Assembly (NCBI GenBank): GCA_963804645.1 | Contig: CAWDRG010000009.1 | Location: 480,001-544,000, forward strand | Direction of reading: 5' to 3' | DNA length: 64,000 nucleotides | Origin: an uncultured Bacillota bacterium | GTDB lineage: Bacteria > Sysuimicrobiota > Sysuimicrobiia > Sysuimicrobiales > Segetimicrobiaceae | In this document: positions 1 to 8,772 of the stretch, one piece after another | Numbering within the stretch: the stretch's first letter is position 1 | Layout of the letters: each line of letters begins with the position of its first letter | Made by a program: the position numbers and the translations under genes | The notes under the pieces: generated by a model | Seen by the model: only the letters and a program-made list of their open reading frames with translations | Database searches by the model: none | What the model was told of the DNA's origin: nothing

Positions 1-1
1 C

Positions 2-142
2 CAGGCGCAGCAGGTCGCACGGTTCGCCGACGGGGTGATCGTCGGCAGCGTCCTGGTGCAGATGCTTGAGGACGACCCCGCCGATCTCAATCGGGTCGGC
101 GCATTTGTGCGCGACCTCAAGGCCGCGGTCTCGGACGTGTAG
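2..142 (+). CDS. trpA: Tryptophan synthase alpha subunit, C-terminal fragment (gene begins before the window)
   Basis: Hand translation QAQQVARFADGVIVGSVLVQMLE...AFVRDLKAAVSDV*; ADGVIVGS is the TrpA C-terminal motif. Confidence 0.85.
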   Translation, partial: QAQQVARFADGVIVGSVLVQMLEDDPADLNRVGAFVRDLKAAVSDV

Positions 143-158
143 CGGGCCGCCGGGCGCA

Positions 159-186
159 TTGACAGCGCCGCGCGGGGTGGTACGGT
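159..186 (+). promoter_or_regulatory. Sigma70-type promoter of citrate synthase
   Basis: TTGACA (159-164), 16-bp spacer ending in TGG, TACGGT (181-186); GAGGAGG RBS before ATG 230. Confidence 0.55.
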
Positions 187-229
187 CAGGGTAGGGCAAG
201 ATCCAGACTTGCCGAGGAGGCGAACACTC

Positions 230-1381
230 ATGCCGGCTCCAGAGAGCTCCGGCGCGTCGCCGCAGGTGGTCGAGGGCCTCGAAGGGATCGTCGCGGCGCA
301 CAGCCGCATCTGCTTCGTCGACGGCGTCGAGGGGCGGATGCTGTACGAAGGGTACGACATCCACGATCTGGCCGACCACGCGTCGTTCGAGGAAGTCGCG
401 TACCTGCTGTGGTACGGCGATCTGCCGACGCGCTCCCAACTCGATGCGCTGAACCGGGAGCTGCGCGGGGCGCGCCCGCTGCCGGAGCCGGTGATGGCGA
501 TCATCAAGGGCGTGCCGAAGGACGCCCTGCCGATGGACGTGCTGCGCACGGCGGTCTCGGCGCTCGGTGTCTACGACCCCGATGCCAGGGACAACGGCCA
601 GCCCGCCAATGTACGGAAATCGGTGCGGCTGACCGCGCAGATCGCGACGATCGTCGCGGCGATCGACCGGACGCGCAACGGCAAGCCCCCGGTCGCGCCG
701 GATCCGGGGCTCGGGCACGCCGCGAACTTTCTGTACATGCTGCGCGGCGAGCGGCCCGATGCGACCGCGACCCGGGCGGTCGACATCGCCCTCATCCTTC
801 ACGCCGATCACGAGCTCAACGCGAGCACGTTCTCCGCGCGGGTGACCGCGGCGACGCTCGCGGACATGCACTCGGCGATCACCTCGGCGATCGGCACGCT
901 CAAGGGGCCCCTGCATGGCGGCGCCAACGAGGCGGTGATGCGCCTGCTCCTGAAGATCGGCGACGTATCGAACGCCGTCCCCACGGTCAAGCAGATACTG
1001 GCCAACAAAGAGAAGATCATGGGGTTCGGACACCGCGTCTACAAGACGGAAGACCCGCGCGCGACGCACCTGCGCAAGATGTCCGAGGAGCTGTGCCGTC
1101 AAACGGGCCAGCTCAAATGGTACGAGATGTCGCGGGAGATCGAGAAGTACATGCTCGTCGAGAAACATCTGCACTGCAACGTGGATTTCTACTCGGCGAC
1201 GTGCTACTACGCGCTCGGCATTCCGATCGATCTGTTCACGCCGGTGTTCGCAGTGAGCCGGATCTCGGGGTGGAGCGCGCACGTGCTCGAGCAGTTCGCC
1301 GACAACCGGCTGATTCGGCCGCGGGCGGAGTACGTCGGTCCCCTGAACCGTACCTACGTGCCGATCGACCAGCGGAAGTAG
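230..1381 (+). CDS. gltA: Citrate synthase
   Basis: Motifs DHELNASTF, GPLHGGAN, GFGHRVYK..DPR, NVDFYS; ATG at 230 with RBS. Confidence 0.95.
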   Translation: MPAPESSGASPQVVEGLEGIVAAHSRICFVDGVEGRMLYEGYDIHDLADHASFEEVAYLLWYGDLPTRSQLDALNRELRGARPLPEPVMAIIKGVPKDALPMDVLRTAVSALGVYDPDARDNGQPANVRKSVRLTAQIATIVAAIDRTRNGKPPVAPDPGLGHAANFLYMLRGERPDATATRAVDIALILHADHELNASTFSARVTAATLADMHSAITSAIGTLKGPLHGGANEAVMRLLLKIGDVSNAVPTVKQILANKEKIMGFGHRVYKTEDPRATHLRKMSEELCRQTGQLKWYEMSREIEKYMLVEKHLHCNVDFYSATCYYALGIPIDLFTPVFAVSRISGWSAHVLEQFADNRLIRPRAEYVGPLNRTYVPIDQRK

Positions 1382-1453
1382 CGGATCGAGGCGGCCGCGG
1401 GCCGGCGATCGTGCGGCGTGCTTGCATCGACGCGGCGACCCGCGGCAGGACCA

Positions 1454-2245
1454 TTACCCTACGATATCTTCCCCGCCGTCGACGCCGATCACGTTGCCGG
1501 TGATCCATTCTGTTCCGGGGGCGCTGAGGGCGACCAGCGCCCGCGCGACGTCCTCGGTCGTCGTGAGGCGGCCGGAAGGATTTCTCAGCCGCGCGTGGTC
1601 GGAGATGAGTTCGTGTCCCGGGATCTTTCTCAAAGCCGGAGTGTCGGTTACCCCGGCTCGGATGGCGTTCACGGCGACCCCGCGCGGCGCGAGCTCCATG
1701 GCCAACTGGCGGACGTGGGCCTCGAGCGCCGCCTTCGCCGCCGAGACCGCGCCGTAGTTTGGCAGCACCCGGGTCCCGCCAGCGCTCGTCATGGCGAAGA
1801 CCTTGTCGCCGCGCCGCAGCAGCCCCGCGTACACAAGATCCTGGGCCCAGTAGACGAGGCTGTGGGCCATCACGGAGAGTGTCATATCCATCTGCGCGGG
1901 CGTGATGGCGTCCGCGGGGTCCTGCGCGATGAACGGACGGAGGTTGCCGAACGCCAGCGAATGCAGCAGAATGTGGACGCCCGGGAATTCTCCGAACGCG
2001 GCCTTGGCGCGCGCGAGCACCTCGACGCGCCGCTCCGGGTCGGCGGCGTTGACGTTGAAGAAGATCGCCTCCCGTCCGGCGGCCCGGACTCTGTTGATCA
2101 CCTCCTCGACGTGCGGCATTGACCCTTTGCGATCCAAGTGGACGCCGACGATGTCGAAGCCGGCGCGCGCCAGTTCCAGACTCGCCGCCTCGCCAAAACC
2201 GCTGCTTGCGCCGAGGATCACGGCGCACCGCCGGGCGACCGCCAT
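1454..2245 (-). CDS. SDR family oxidoreductase, enoyl-ACP reductase (FabL/FabI)-like
   Basis: GASSGFG Rossmann motif, YGAVSAAKAALE (Yx6K), WITGNVIGVDGG; GGAGG RBS before ATG 2245. Confidence 0.85.
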   Translation of the reverse strand: MAVARRCAVILGASSGFGEAASLELARAGFDIVGVHLDRKGSMPHVEEVINRVRAAGREAIFFNVNAADPERRVEVLARAKAAFGEFPGVHILLHSLAFGNLRPFIAQDPADAITPAQMDMTLSVMAHSLVYWAQDLVYAGLLRRGDKVFAMTSAGGTRVLPNYGAVSAAKAALEAHVRQLAMELAPRGVAVNAIRAGVTDTPALRKIPGHELISDHARLRNPSGRLTTTEDVARALVALSAPGTEWITGNVIGVDGGEDIVG

Positions 2246-2361
2246 GCGCTCCTCCGAGACCGGAAAGATTGGTGGGCAGGCCGAGGCAGGTGATGCCGGC
2301 GCCCGAGAGTGCATTCGGGTCCGCGGTGATGATCCCCTGGAGCAGGCGTTGCGCGCCGATT

Positions 2362-2390
2362 TTGCCAGCCTGACGGGCCTCTGCTAGAAT
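2362..2390 (+). promoter_or_regulatory. Sigma70 promoter of tRNA-Lys
   Basis: TTGCCA-17 bp-TAGAAT with extended TG, 7 nt upstream of the tRNA 5' end. Confidence 0.7.
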
Positions 2391-2397
2391 ACTGCTG

Positions 2398-2473
2398 GGG
2401 CCGTTAGCTCAGCGGGTAGAGCGCCGGGCTTTTAACCCGGGCGTCGGGGGTTCGATCCCCTCACGGCCCACCA
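2398..2473 (+). tRNA. tRNA-Lys (anticodon TTT), CCA encoded
   Basis: Full cloverleaf: GGGCCGT/ACGGCCC acceptor, GCTC/GAGC D-stem, CCGGG-CTTTTAA-CCCGG anticodon arm, TTCGATC T-loop, ACCA. Confidence 0.97.
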
Positions 2474-2501
2474 AATCAAGGTCCGCAAGGTCACTTTCAG
2501 G

Positions 2502-2520
2502 CTGCTAATCCACTGCTAAT
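2502..2520 (+). repeat. CTGCTAAT direct-repeat doublet (11-bp period), putative integrase arm sites of attL
   Basis: CTGCTAATccaCTGCTAAT about 29 bp downstream of the tRNA; resembles the TTGC(T/A)AAC doublets in the downstream att modules. Confidence 0.55.
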
Positions 2521-2784
2521 TCTTTGGGGATCATCCCCTTGGCGGGCGTCCGGCTTTGTGGTAGTGGAGCACTCCCGTGACCTGAGACCGTCTGCAGCGT
2601 CCCGCCAGACACACGACGTTGCCCTGGAGCCCCAACGCCGCGGCCGGTCTGGACGGTTGCGCCCCCTTTGCAACGCCCCGCAGACGGTGGCGGCACGGAC
2701 GCCGGGGCCTCCCACTACCTGCCGAACATGCGCGCCATGCCGTTTATGCGCGCCAAACGGTCAGCTGTCGTCTCCGTTCTGCGA

Positions 2785-3642
2785 TTAGGGAGAAGCATCC
2801 AATCCGTAGCGATCCAGCGCTGCTCGGATCTGGCTGAGCAACTCAGTGCCCAGTTGGCGCCCGTTCGGGAGTTGGTCGTCTCGATCCCAGCGCCACGTTG
2901 CGACCATCGCCAGCATGAGGACCCGGCACTCGCGAAGCAGGTCTTGATCAGCAGTTGAGATAGTGCTCGCCGACTTCTTCGGGGGCATGTGCGACGTCGA
3001 ATTCGACAGGTCCGCGGCAACACGTCTCGAGATCCACAAACAGCAGCCGTTTCTTCGTTCTGAGCAAGTTGCCCGGATGCGGCTCGCCATGGAGCAGCTG
3101 CTCGTGCGCGCCGCGATCGGCGATCGCGCGCCTCAACGCTTCGCAGCGTGTTGATGAGAAGGTCCCGGTCCGAGTCGGCAAGCTCCGGAGTCTGCGCGCG
3201 GTTGCCGACCAGCCGCTGCGCCTCCGCGACCCGATCCGTGAAGTGCGGCGCAGTCACATCGATCTGTCGCATGCCGGCATGCAGCTGCTCGAGCGCCTGC
3301 GCATAGTCGCGCGGCGCGACATCTCCTGGCGGCACAGGCTCGTAGTAGGTCCACAGCGTGACCACGAAGTCGTCACGCACGTAGACACGCGGCTCCACCC
3401 GAGGCTCAAGCTCGGCCACCGGGCTATCGGTTTCGGCAAGCCGTCGAGCGACCTCGACCTCGAACTCTGCGCCTGGCCTGATGCGCTACATGCGCGACCC
3501 GAGCAAGAACGTCACAAGGCAGCAGGCGCACCGCGAGCCGGTTCGAGTCCTGAAGAACAACCGCGTCATCGACCCTCAGGCCAAGCCCTGTGGCCGTGGA
3601 CATCCCTGCCGCCACCGCGCTTGGAATTTCTGATGCCTTCAT
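2785..3642 (-). pseudogene. Aminoglycoside phosphotransferase/kinase family pseudogene (about 3 frameshifts)
   Basis: Consecutive ORF pieces MKASEIP..SNRLAVRLLPCDVLARVA / VTLWTYYEP / LLHGEPHPGNLL..FVDLE / ..WRWDRDDQLPNG in different frames. Confidence 0.8.
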
Positions 3643-3877
3643 CGTCGCCTCGCTGTCATTGCCTCTCCGTCGCGTCGGCGCGCCGCCCGTATTCCTGCGC
3701 GCGCCACAGACATTCGAGCGTCCCACGCCAATCGTCCTCTGCCAGCGGAATCGCACGTTTTGCGGGGGGGGGGGCACAGGGGGCGGCGCTGGGGACCCGC
3801 TGGATCCGCCAGACTGGCTGATCGGTAGTTATCGGACAACCTGATCGGGTTGACCCCAGATTAGGTGATCGGTTTCA

Positions 3878-4486
3878 CTAGAATCCGCAGTCATACGCCA
3901 ACCGCGTGATCGCTTCCATCACGCGCGCGGTCAGCGCCGATTGCTCGTGTCTCGACGGCGCCTCCGGCGGGGCGATGGGCTCGCCAATGCGAACAGCGAT
4001 CCTCCCGCGGCGAGGCCAGGTCGTTCCCGACGGCCACACCTCATGTGTCCCCACGATCCCCACCGGGATGATCGCGGCATGGGCCCGGGCCGCCACGAAT
4101 GCCATGCCGTCTTGGGCGCGCTGAAGTCTTCCGTCGGCGCTGATATTGCCTTCCGGGAAGATTACAAGCGCCTCGCCGCGGTCGAGGCGTGCAAGGCAGT
4201 CCTCGATCGCGCGGCGGTCGAACCCTCCGCGTCTGATCGGCACGACGGGAAACAGGCGGATCAGCCTTCCGAGGACAGGCCTCGTGAGCAGTTCCGCCGC
4301 GGCGAGGAAGGTACAGCGGCGCGGCACAGCCGCCCCCAGCACCACCGCGTCGATGTCGCTTCTGTGGTTTGGGGCGAGGATGATCGGGCCTCTTCGGGGG
4401 ATGTGCCGCTCGCCCGTGACCGTCAGTCCGAACCCGAGTCTGAGAATCCTCCGGGAGAACCACCGGGCCGCTGCGTACCTGACCAT
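3878..4486 (-). CDS. 1-acyl-sn-glycerol-3-phosphate acyltransferase (PlsC/LPLAT family)
   Basis: NHRSDID (HX4D) and FPEG motifs; close paralog of 22443-23123. Confidence 0.9.
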   Translation of the reverse strand: MVRYAAARWFSRRILRLGFGLTVTGERHIPRRGPIILAPNHRSDIDAVVLGAAVPRRCTFLAAAELLTRPVLGRLIRLFPVVPIRRGGFDRRAIEDCLARLDRGEALVIFPEGNISADGRLQRAQDGMAFVAARAHAAIIPVGIVGTHEVWPSGTTWPRRGRIAVRIGEPIAPPEAPSRHEQSALTARVMEAITRLAYDCGF

Positions 4487-4625
4487 CACGCGCACGGGGG
4501 CGGTTTTGTTCGACGGCCTGCTATCAGACGTGGTGGAAGGCGAACGTGCAGGGCCGCATCGCAGCCGCGAGGGAAACGAAGCCGTGGCCCGGCTGCCTGG
4601 GTTTGGAAAGATCCCCTACCAGACG

Positions 4626-4862
4626 TTACAAGTCCGATGGTGCAATGGGGATCGGATCAGACCTGTGTCTTTGCCTAATTTCTTCAACTTTGCGCCTCTG
4701 GCCGAAATACGAAACGCTGGACAACAGCCCGCACAACACCGTAACTACTACTCCCAGCGCCAGGAACGTAACAACGGCACTGAAGTCCAGACTACTCATC
4801 AAAGCTATCAAAAAAGAGACTGCTGCACCAAGTCCAATTCCAAGAAATGTCAGAGTGATCAC
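4626..4862 (-). CDS. Small two-TM membrane protein, possibly a remnant
   Basis: Two hydrophobic stretches; low-GC; abuts att module 1; no clear RBS. Confidence 0.35.
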   Translation of the reverse strand: MITLTFLGIGLGAAVSFLIALMSSLDFSAVVTFLALGVVVTVLCGLLSSVSYFGQRRKVEEIRQRHRSDPIPIAPSDL

Positions 4863-4927
4863 CAGTTGATTTACGACCGTTGCGATTTGATACTGTTTTC
4901 GTTATGGATGGCGGCGATATTCAGCGG

Positions 4928-5110
4928 TTGCTAACGCTTTGCAAACGGACGGTGCGGAAAGGGATCGTACACGATGACACACAATAACACACCTCGCAGT
5001 GAGGACCCGCGCGGGACGACGCTCCCCGGTACAGGTTTGTACTGAGCGACAATTGGGGTGGTGAGCTTTTAACCCAGGCGTCGGGGGTTCGATCCCCTCA
5101 CGGCCCATCA
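4928..5110 (+). mobile_element. att-like module 1: arm repeats plus 46-bp tRNA-Lys 3' half (5065-5110)
   Basis: TTGCTAACgctTTGCAAAC, ACAC repeats, then GCTTTTAACCCAGGCGTCGGGGGTTCGATCCCCTCACGGCCCATCA (44/46 to the tRNA). Confidence 0.85.
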
Positions 5111-5288
5111 CATCAAGGGTTTTTTGCGCGCGGTGGCTTTCGCTTGCTGCTCTGTCGCTGTTCCCATCTCGAGGCAGGCGGATGCATTTTTGATGCCACG
5201 CGAGGGGGGCGTGCCCGAGAACCTGCGGTCTCGGTGGAAGAAAGGGCAAGCATCCCCGAACCTCAGCGGGTGAGGTAGGGTGATCGGA

Positions 5289-5672
5289 TCACAGGGTCCC
5301 GCTAAAATGTACTTCCCATGCTTTCGTGCAACCGATGGGTCCCCCTGTAGCATGTACGTCAAACCTGGCATTATTGTGGTCCTTTAGGGAAATCTGCTGC
5401 GAATTTCCGAGTGAACTTTTGTACCACACTAAGGTTTGCTCGGATACAAGAATGGGCTTTCCATAGATCTCCAACCACACGAAGCCGCCCCTGCGAATGC
5501 CCCAGGGTTGCCCGGAGTCATCGGTTGACCTTCGCACAAGAATACCAATGTCAGTCGGAGTCGTATTGAACACCAAGATGCATCCTTGTCGCGCCCCAGT
5601 TAGCGCCGCGCCCCTCCCGGCCACCGCTAAACACAGTCCCATCGCAAGCACCGCGATTGCCAGCCGCTTCAT
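5289..5672 (-). CDS. Secreted hypothetical protein
   Basis: Signal-peptide-like MKRLAIAVLAMGLCLAVAG; AAGGGG RBS. Confidence 0.6.
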   Translation of the reverse strand: MKRLAIAVLAMGLCLAVAGRGAALTGARQGCILVFNTTPTDIGILVRRSTDDSGQPWGIRRGGFVWLEIYGKPILVSEQTLVWYKSSLGNSQQISLKDHNNARFDVHATGGPIGCTKAWEVHFSGTL

Positions 5673-5922
5673 CGTCTTCCCCCTTGTCCCGTTCGGCCGA
5701 CGCTCCCATGCGGATCATTTGGTGGTTCGGCGGAAACCCGCTTCTCGCCTATACAGGGCACGGTGCGCATAAAGGAACTCCTTCTGCAACCCCTAAGATC
5801 GCGCACACGGTTTCCGGGCGCCGGGATCACCACCCTTTCGTGACAGGACACGCGAGACGGTACGTGAGGATCGTCTCTCGCCCCGCTCACCCCTATCCTG
5901 AGCCCGGTTGGGATTATCATTC

Positions 5923-6075
5923 TCACGACATGGGCATTGGCCGGTGGGAGAAACCAGCCAATCCCAACGCCAAGAGGAGGATTAGCGCCAGCAGTAGGAT
6001 CAGGACGTACCCGAGGCGATCCGCCCAAGCAAGCAACGGCTCCTGGTCGATGCGTGGCTTGTGCGTCTGTCGAAT
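5923..6075 (-). CDS. Putative 50-aa single-TM small protein with ATT start (or mutated ATG)
   Basis: GGAGGAGGGAG RBS, then ATT CGA CAG...; IRQTHKPRIDQEPLLAWADRLGYVLILLLALILLLALGLAGFSHRPMPMS*. Confidence 0.4.
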   Translation of the reverse strand: MRQTHKPRIDQEPLLAWADRLGYVLILLLALILLLALGLAGFSHRPMPMS

Positions 6076-6461
6076 TGTATCTCCCTCCTCCTGCCACGGC
6101 ACATTCTCCAGGCGTCCGAGTTTGGCGCTGGTGCCGTTGCGATACCAGATGAATCGCAGGGGCGATCCACGCGGGCGACCGTGCTTCTGACGATCACCCC
6201 GGCGCCGCGGCTGCGCAAGCGCTCGGCGAGCCGGTGTTCGCCCTCACCCTCCTCCGGGACCGCGCTCCCCGTTCGCTGCCGCTCGGGTCCGGCCTGCCGC
6301 GGCGAAACCCACAGCCGGCGTGCGAGGCAAATTACTCTGCAGACCGGATGGCCCTGGGAGGGGTCTTCCACTATGTTGGTGGAGGCGGCGCGGAATCGGA
6401 ACAACCCTGCGCACCTCGTGCGTCTCGGAATCCAAACGGTGGGGACGGGAGGAGACGGCAG

Positions 6462-7742
6462 ATGGCGGATCGGTCAGCGAAGGCGGCGGCGACGGCACCG
6501 CGTGCGGACCCCTGGCAGGCTGCGCGCCAGCAGTTCTCGGCCGCGGCTGACGTGCTTGAGCTGAAGCACGGGGTACGCGACCTGCTCCTGGAGCCCAAGC
6601 GGGAACTGACCGTGAACTTTCCCGTCGAATTCCAGGACGAATCCGTGCGCGTGTTCACGGGGTACCGCGTCCACCACAGCACCGTGCTGGGTCCCACCAA
6701 AGGCGGCATCCGCTACCATCCGGACGTGACCCTGGACGAGGTCCGGGCGCTCGCGATGTGGATGACGTGGAAGTGCGCCGTCGTGGGGCTGCCCTACGGC
6801 GGCGCAAAAGGCGGCGTCGTCTGTAACCCGAAGGAGCTCTCGCGGCGGGAGCTCGAGAGCCTCACGCGCCGCTACACGACCGAGATCATGCCGCTGATCG
6901 GGCCGGAGAGTGACATTCCGGCGCCCGACGTCGGCACGACCCCACAGGTGATGGCGTGGCTCATGGACACGTACAGCATGCACCGCGGCTACTCGGTCCC
7001 CGCGGTGGTGACCGGCAAACCGCTCGCGATCGGCGGCTCCGCCGGCCGGGTCGAGGCAACCGGACGCGGCGTGATGATCGCGGCCCGGGAAGCGGCGCGC
7101 CACCTCGGGATGCCGCTCGCCGGGGCGCGGGTCGTCGTGCAGGGGTACGGAAACGTCGGCAGCATCGCGGCGCAGCTCCTCGCCGAGCAGGGCTGCCGAA
7201 TCATCGCGGCCAGCGACAGCACCGGAGGCGTGTATAACGAGAAGGGCATCGACCCTAGCGCGCTGCTGCGGCACAAGGGGCGGACGGGCGGCGTCGTCAA
7301 TTACGGGGCGGCGGACGGGATCACCAACGACGACCTGCTCGAGCTGCCGTGCGAGCTCCTCGTCCCGAGCGCGCTCGAGGGTCAGATCGCGGCCGAGAAC
7401 GCGCCGCGGATCAAGACGCGCATGATCGTAGAGGGAGCGAACGGGCCGGTCACCCCGGAAGCGGACCGGATCCTCAACGCCGCCGGCGTCCTTGTCGTTC
7501 CGGATATCCTCGCCAACGCGGGCGGGGTCATCGTCTCCTACTTCGAGTGGGTCCAGGATCTCCAGTCGTTCTTCTGGTCCGAAGAGGAGATCAACAAACG
7601 GCTCGAGGGGATCATGGTGCGGAGCTTCCGCGAAGTGCTGGCGACCTCTCAGGAGAAGAGCGTGGAGATGCGGACAGGGGCGCTCGTCCGCGCGGTGGGA
7701 CGGGTGGCGGACGCCCTCCTGCTCCGCGGGATCTACCCGTAA
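6462..7742 (+). CDS. gdhA: Glu/Leu/Phe/Val dehydrogenase, glutamate dehydrogenase
   Basis: GPTKGGIRYHP, LPYGGAKGG, DIPAPDVGT, QGYGNVG, EGANGP, SYFEWVQ; GGAGG RBS. Confidence 0.93.
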   Translation: MADRSAKAAATAPRADPWQAARQQFSAAADVLELKHGVRDLLLEPKRELTVNFPVEFQDESVRVFTGYRVHHSTVLGPTKGGIRYHPDVTLDEVRALAMWMTWKCAVVGLPYGGAKGGVVCNPKELSRRELESLTRRYTTEIMPLIGPESDIPAPDVGTTPQVMAWLMDTYSMHRGYSVPAVVTGKPLAIGGSAGRVEATGRGVMIAAREAARHLGMPLAGARVVVQGYGNVGSIAAQLLAEQGCRIIAASDSTGGVYNEKGIDPSALLRHKGRTGGVVNYGAADGITNDDLLELPCELLVPSALEGQIAAENAPRIKTRMIVEGANGPVTPEADRILNAAGVLVVPDILANAGGVIVSYFEWVQDLQSFFWSEEEINKRLEGIMVRSFREVLATSQEKSVEMRTGALVRAVGRVADALLLRGIYP

Positions 7743-8319
7743 GCGCGGCGCACGCAGGTACCGCGATCGAGAGACCTCGGGGAAGGGTCCCACGACGCGT
7801 CCGCGCACGAATCGCACGCTCAGGCCGTCGAGGCGTTCCCGCTCGCCAGGCGTGTAGCAGGCTGCACTTCCGAGCGCACCCACGGCGAGCACCTGCACCG
7901 CTATGCCGCCGCCGTGCTGAATCCACCCCGGCTCGCTGTCCAAGCGCGACTGCACGGTTCGAATCGTACTATCGGACAGTAACTTTTGAGTTAAACATAA
8001 TCGATATTTGATACTGAACAACAAGAACGTAATCGAATAACGTTCGATGCTTTGCTCCAACGATCGCCTAGCAATAGCGCAGGCGCTGGGTGCACCGCTG
8101 GATAGGGAGCGTCTCGAGCAAAAGCGGGCTAAGCGGATTTCGGTTGCCGCGCCGTTTTCGGTGTCAATCGAGAGCCCACAGAATACCTTCAACGCTTGGA
8201 GGAGCGGGCGGTCGGCTGGATGGGTCGGTTCGTGGACGTGTTTCGAGCGAGAGTCGAAGCGCTCCCGTAGTCGCGGAATTGAGACCGCTGTGGTGTTGGT
8301 GCGGAGACGGGACCCTTTT

Positions 8320-8441
8320 TTGCTAACGCTTTGCAAACGGACGGTGCGGAACGGGATGGTACAGGGTGACGCAGCATGACACGGCGCGACGTCGGACCTA
8401 GCACAGGACGGCACGCGCAAGCGCAGGGTGACACTAGACGA
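8320..8441 (+). mobile_element. att-like module 2: arm only, tRNA core missing
   Basis: TTGCTAACGCTTTGCAAACGGACGGTGCGGAA nearly identical to module 1, colinear until about 8441. Confidence 0.8.
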
Positions 8442-8485
8442 GACGACGCAGGCGAGATAGCTAAGGGCAAAGGCGTGACGGTGAA

Positions 8486-8588
8486 GGGGTGGGTCAATTC
8501 TAGACAGGCGGCCGGTGATGCGCCGGTTCGGCGGGGTGGGTCAATTCGAAAGCGGCGGAGGTGGGTTACTTTCAATAAGGTGTTGGCA
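8486..8588 (+). mobile_element. IS21-family-like terminal repeat array (element end remnant)
   Basis: GGGGTGGGTCAATTC at 8486 and 8533, GGTGGGTTACTTTC at 8560, ending TGTTGGCA; multiple subterminal repeats ending in CA are typical of IS21. Confidence 0.6.
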
Positions 8589-8772
8589 ATAGCTCCGGCT
8601 TTCCATCGACGCTCGCGGTGAGGGTTGTATAGCCATCATTCAGCCTCCACCGTGTTCATCCAGGAATTTCAGGCAGATGCACGCCACACATTCGACAGCA
8701 GGTGCGGCGAATAGACCTGCGGAGGGCTTGGGTGGTCCTCGCAGGCGGGAAGGGTGTCGTGCCGAGGTCGCT

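Noticed and set aside
3538..3552. tRNA T-loop-like GGTTCGAGTCC
   Set aside because: Lies inside the phosphotransferase pseudogene with no acceptor stem or CCA.
5910..5926. Fur box
   Set aside because: Three mismatches to TGATAAT-N-ATTATCA and no iron-related gene nearby.
6181..6240. Fifth copy of the 18-bp operator promoter
   Set aside because: GATCGTCAG resembles the -10 region of copy D, but no operator motif lies 21 bp upstream.
8033..8047. LexA (CGAAC-N4-GTTCG) box
   Set aside because: CGAATAACGTTCG has the wrong spacing and a mismatched left half.
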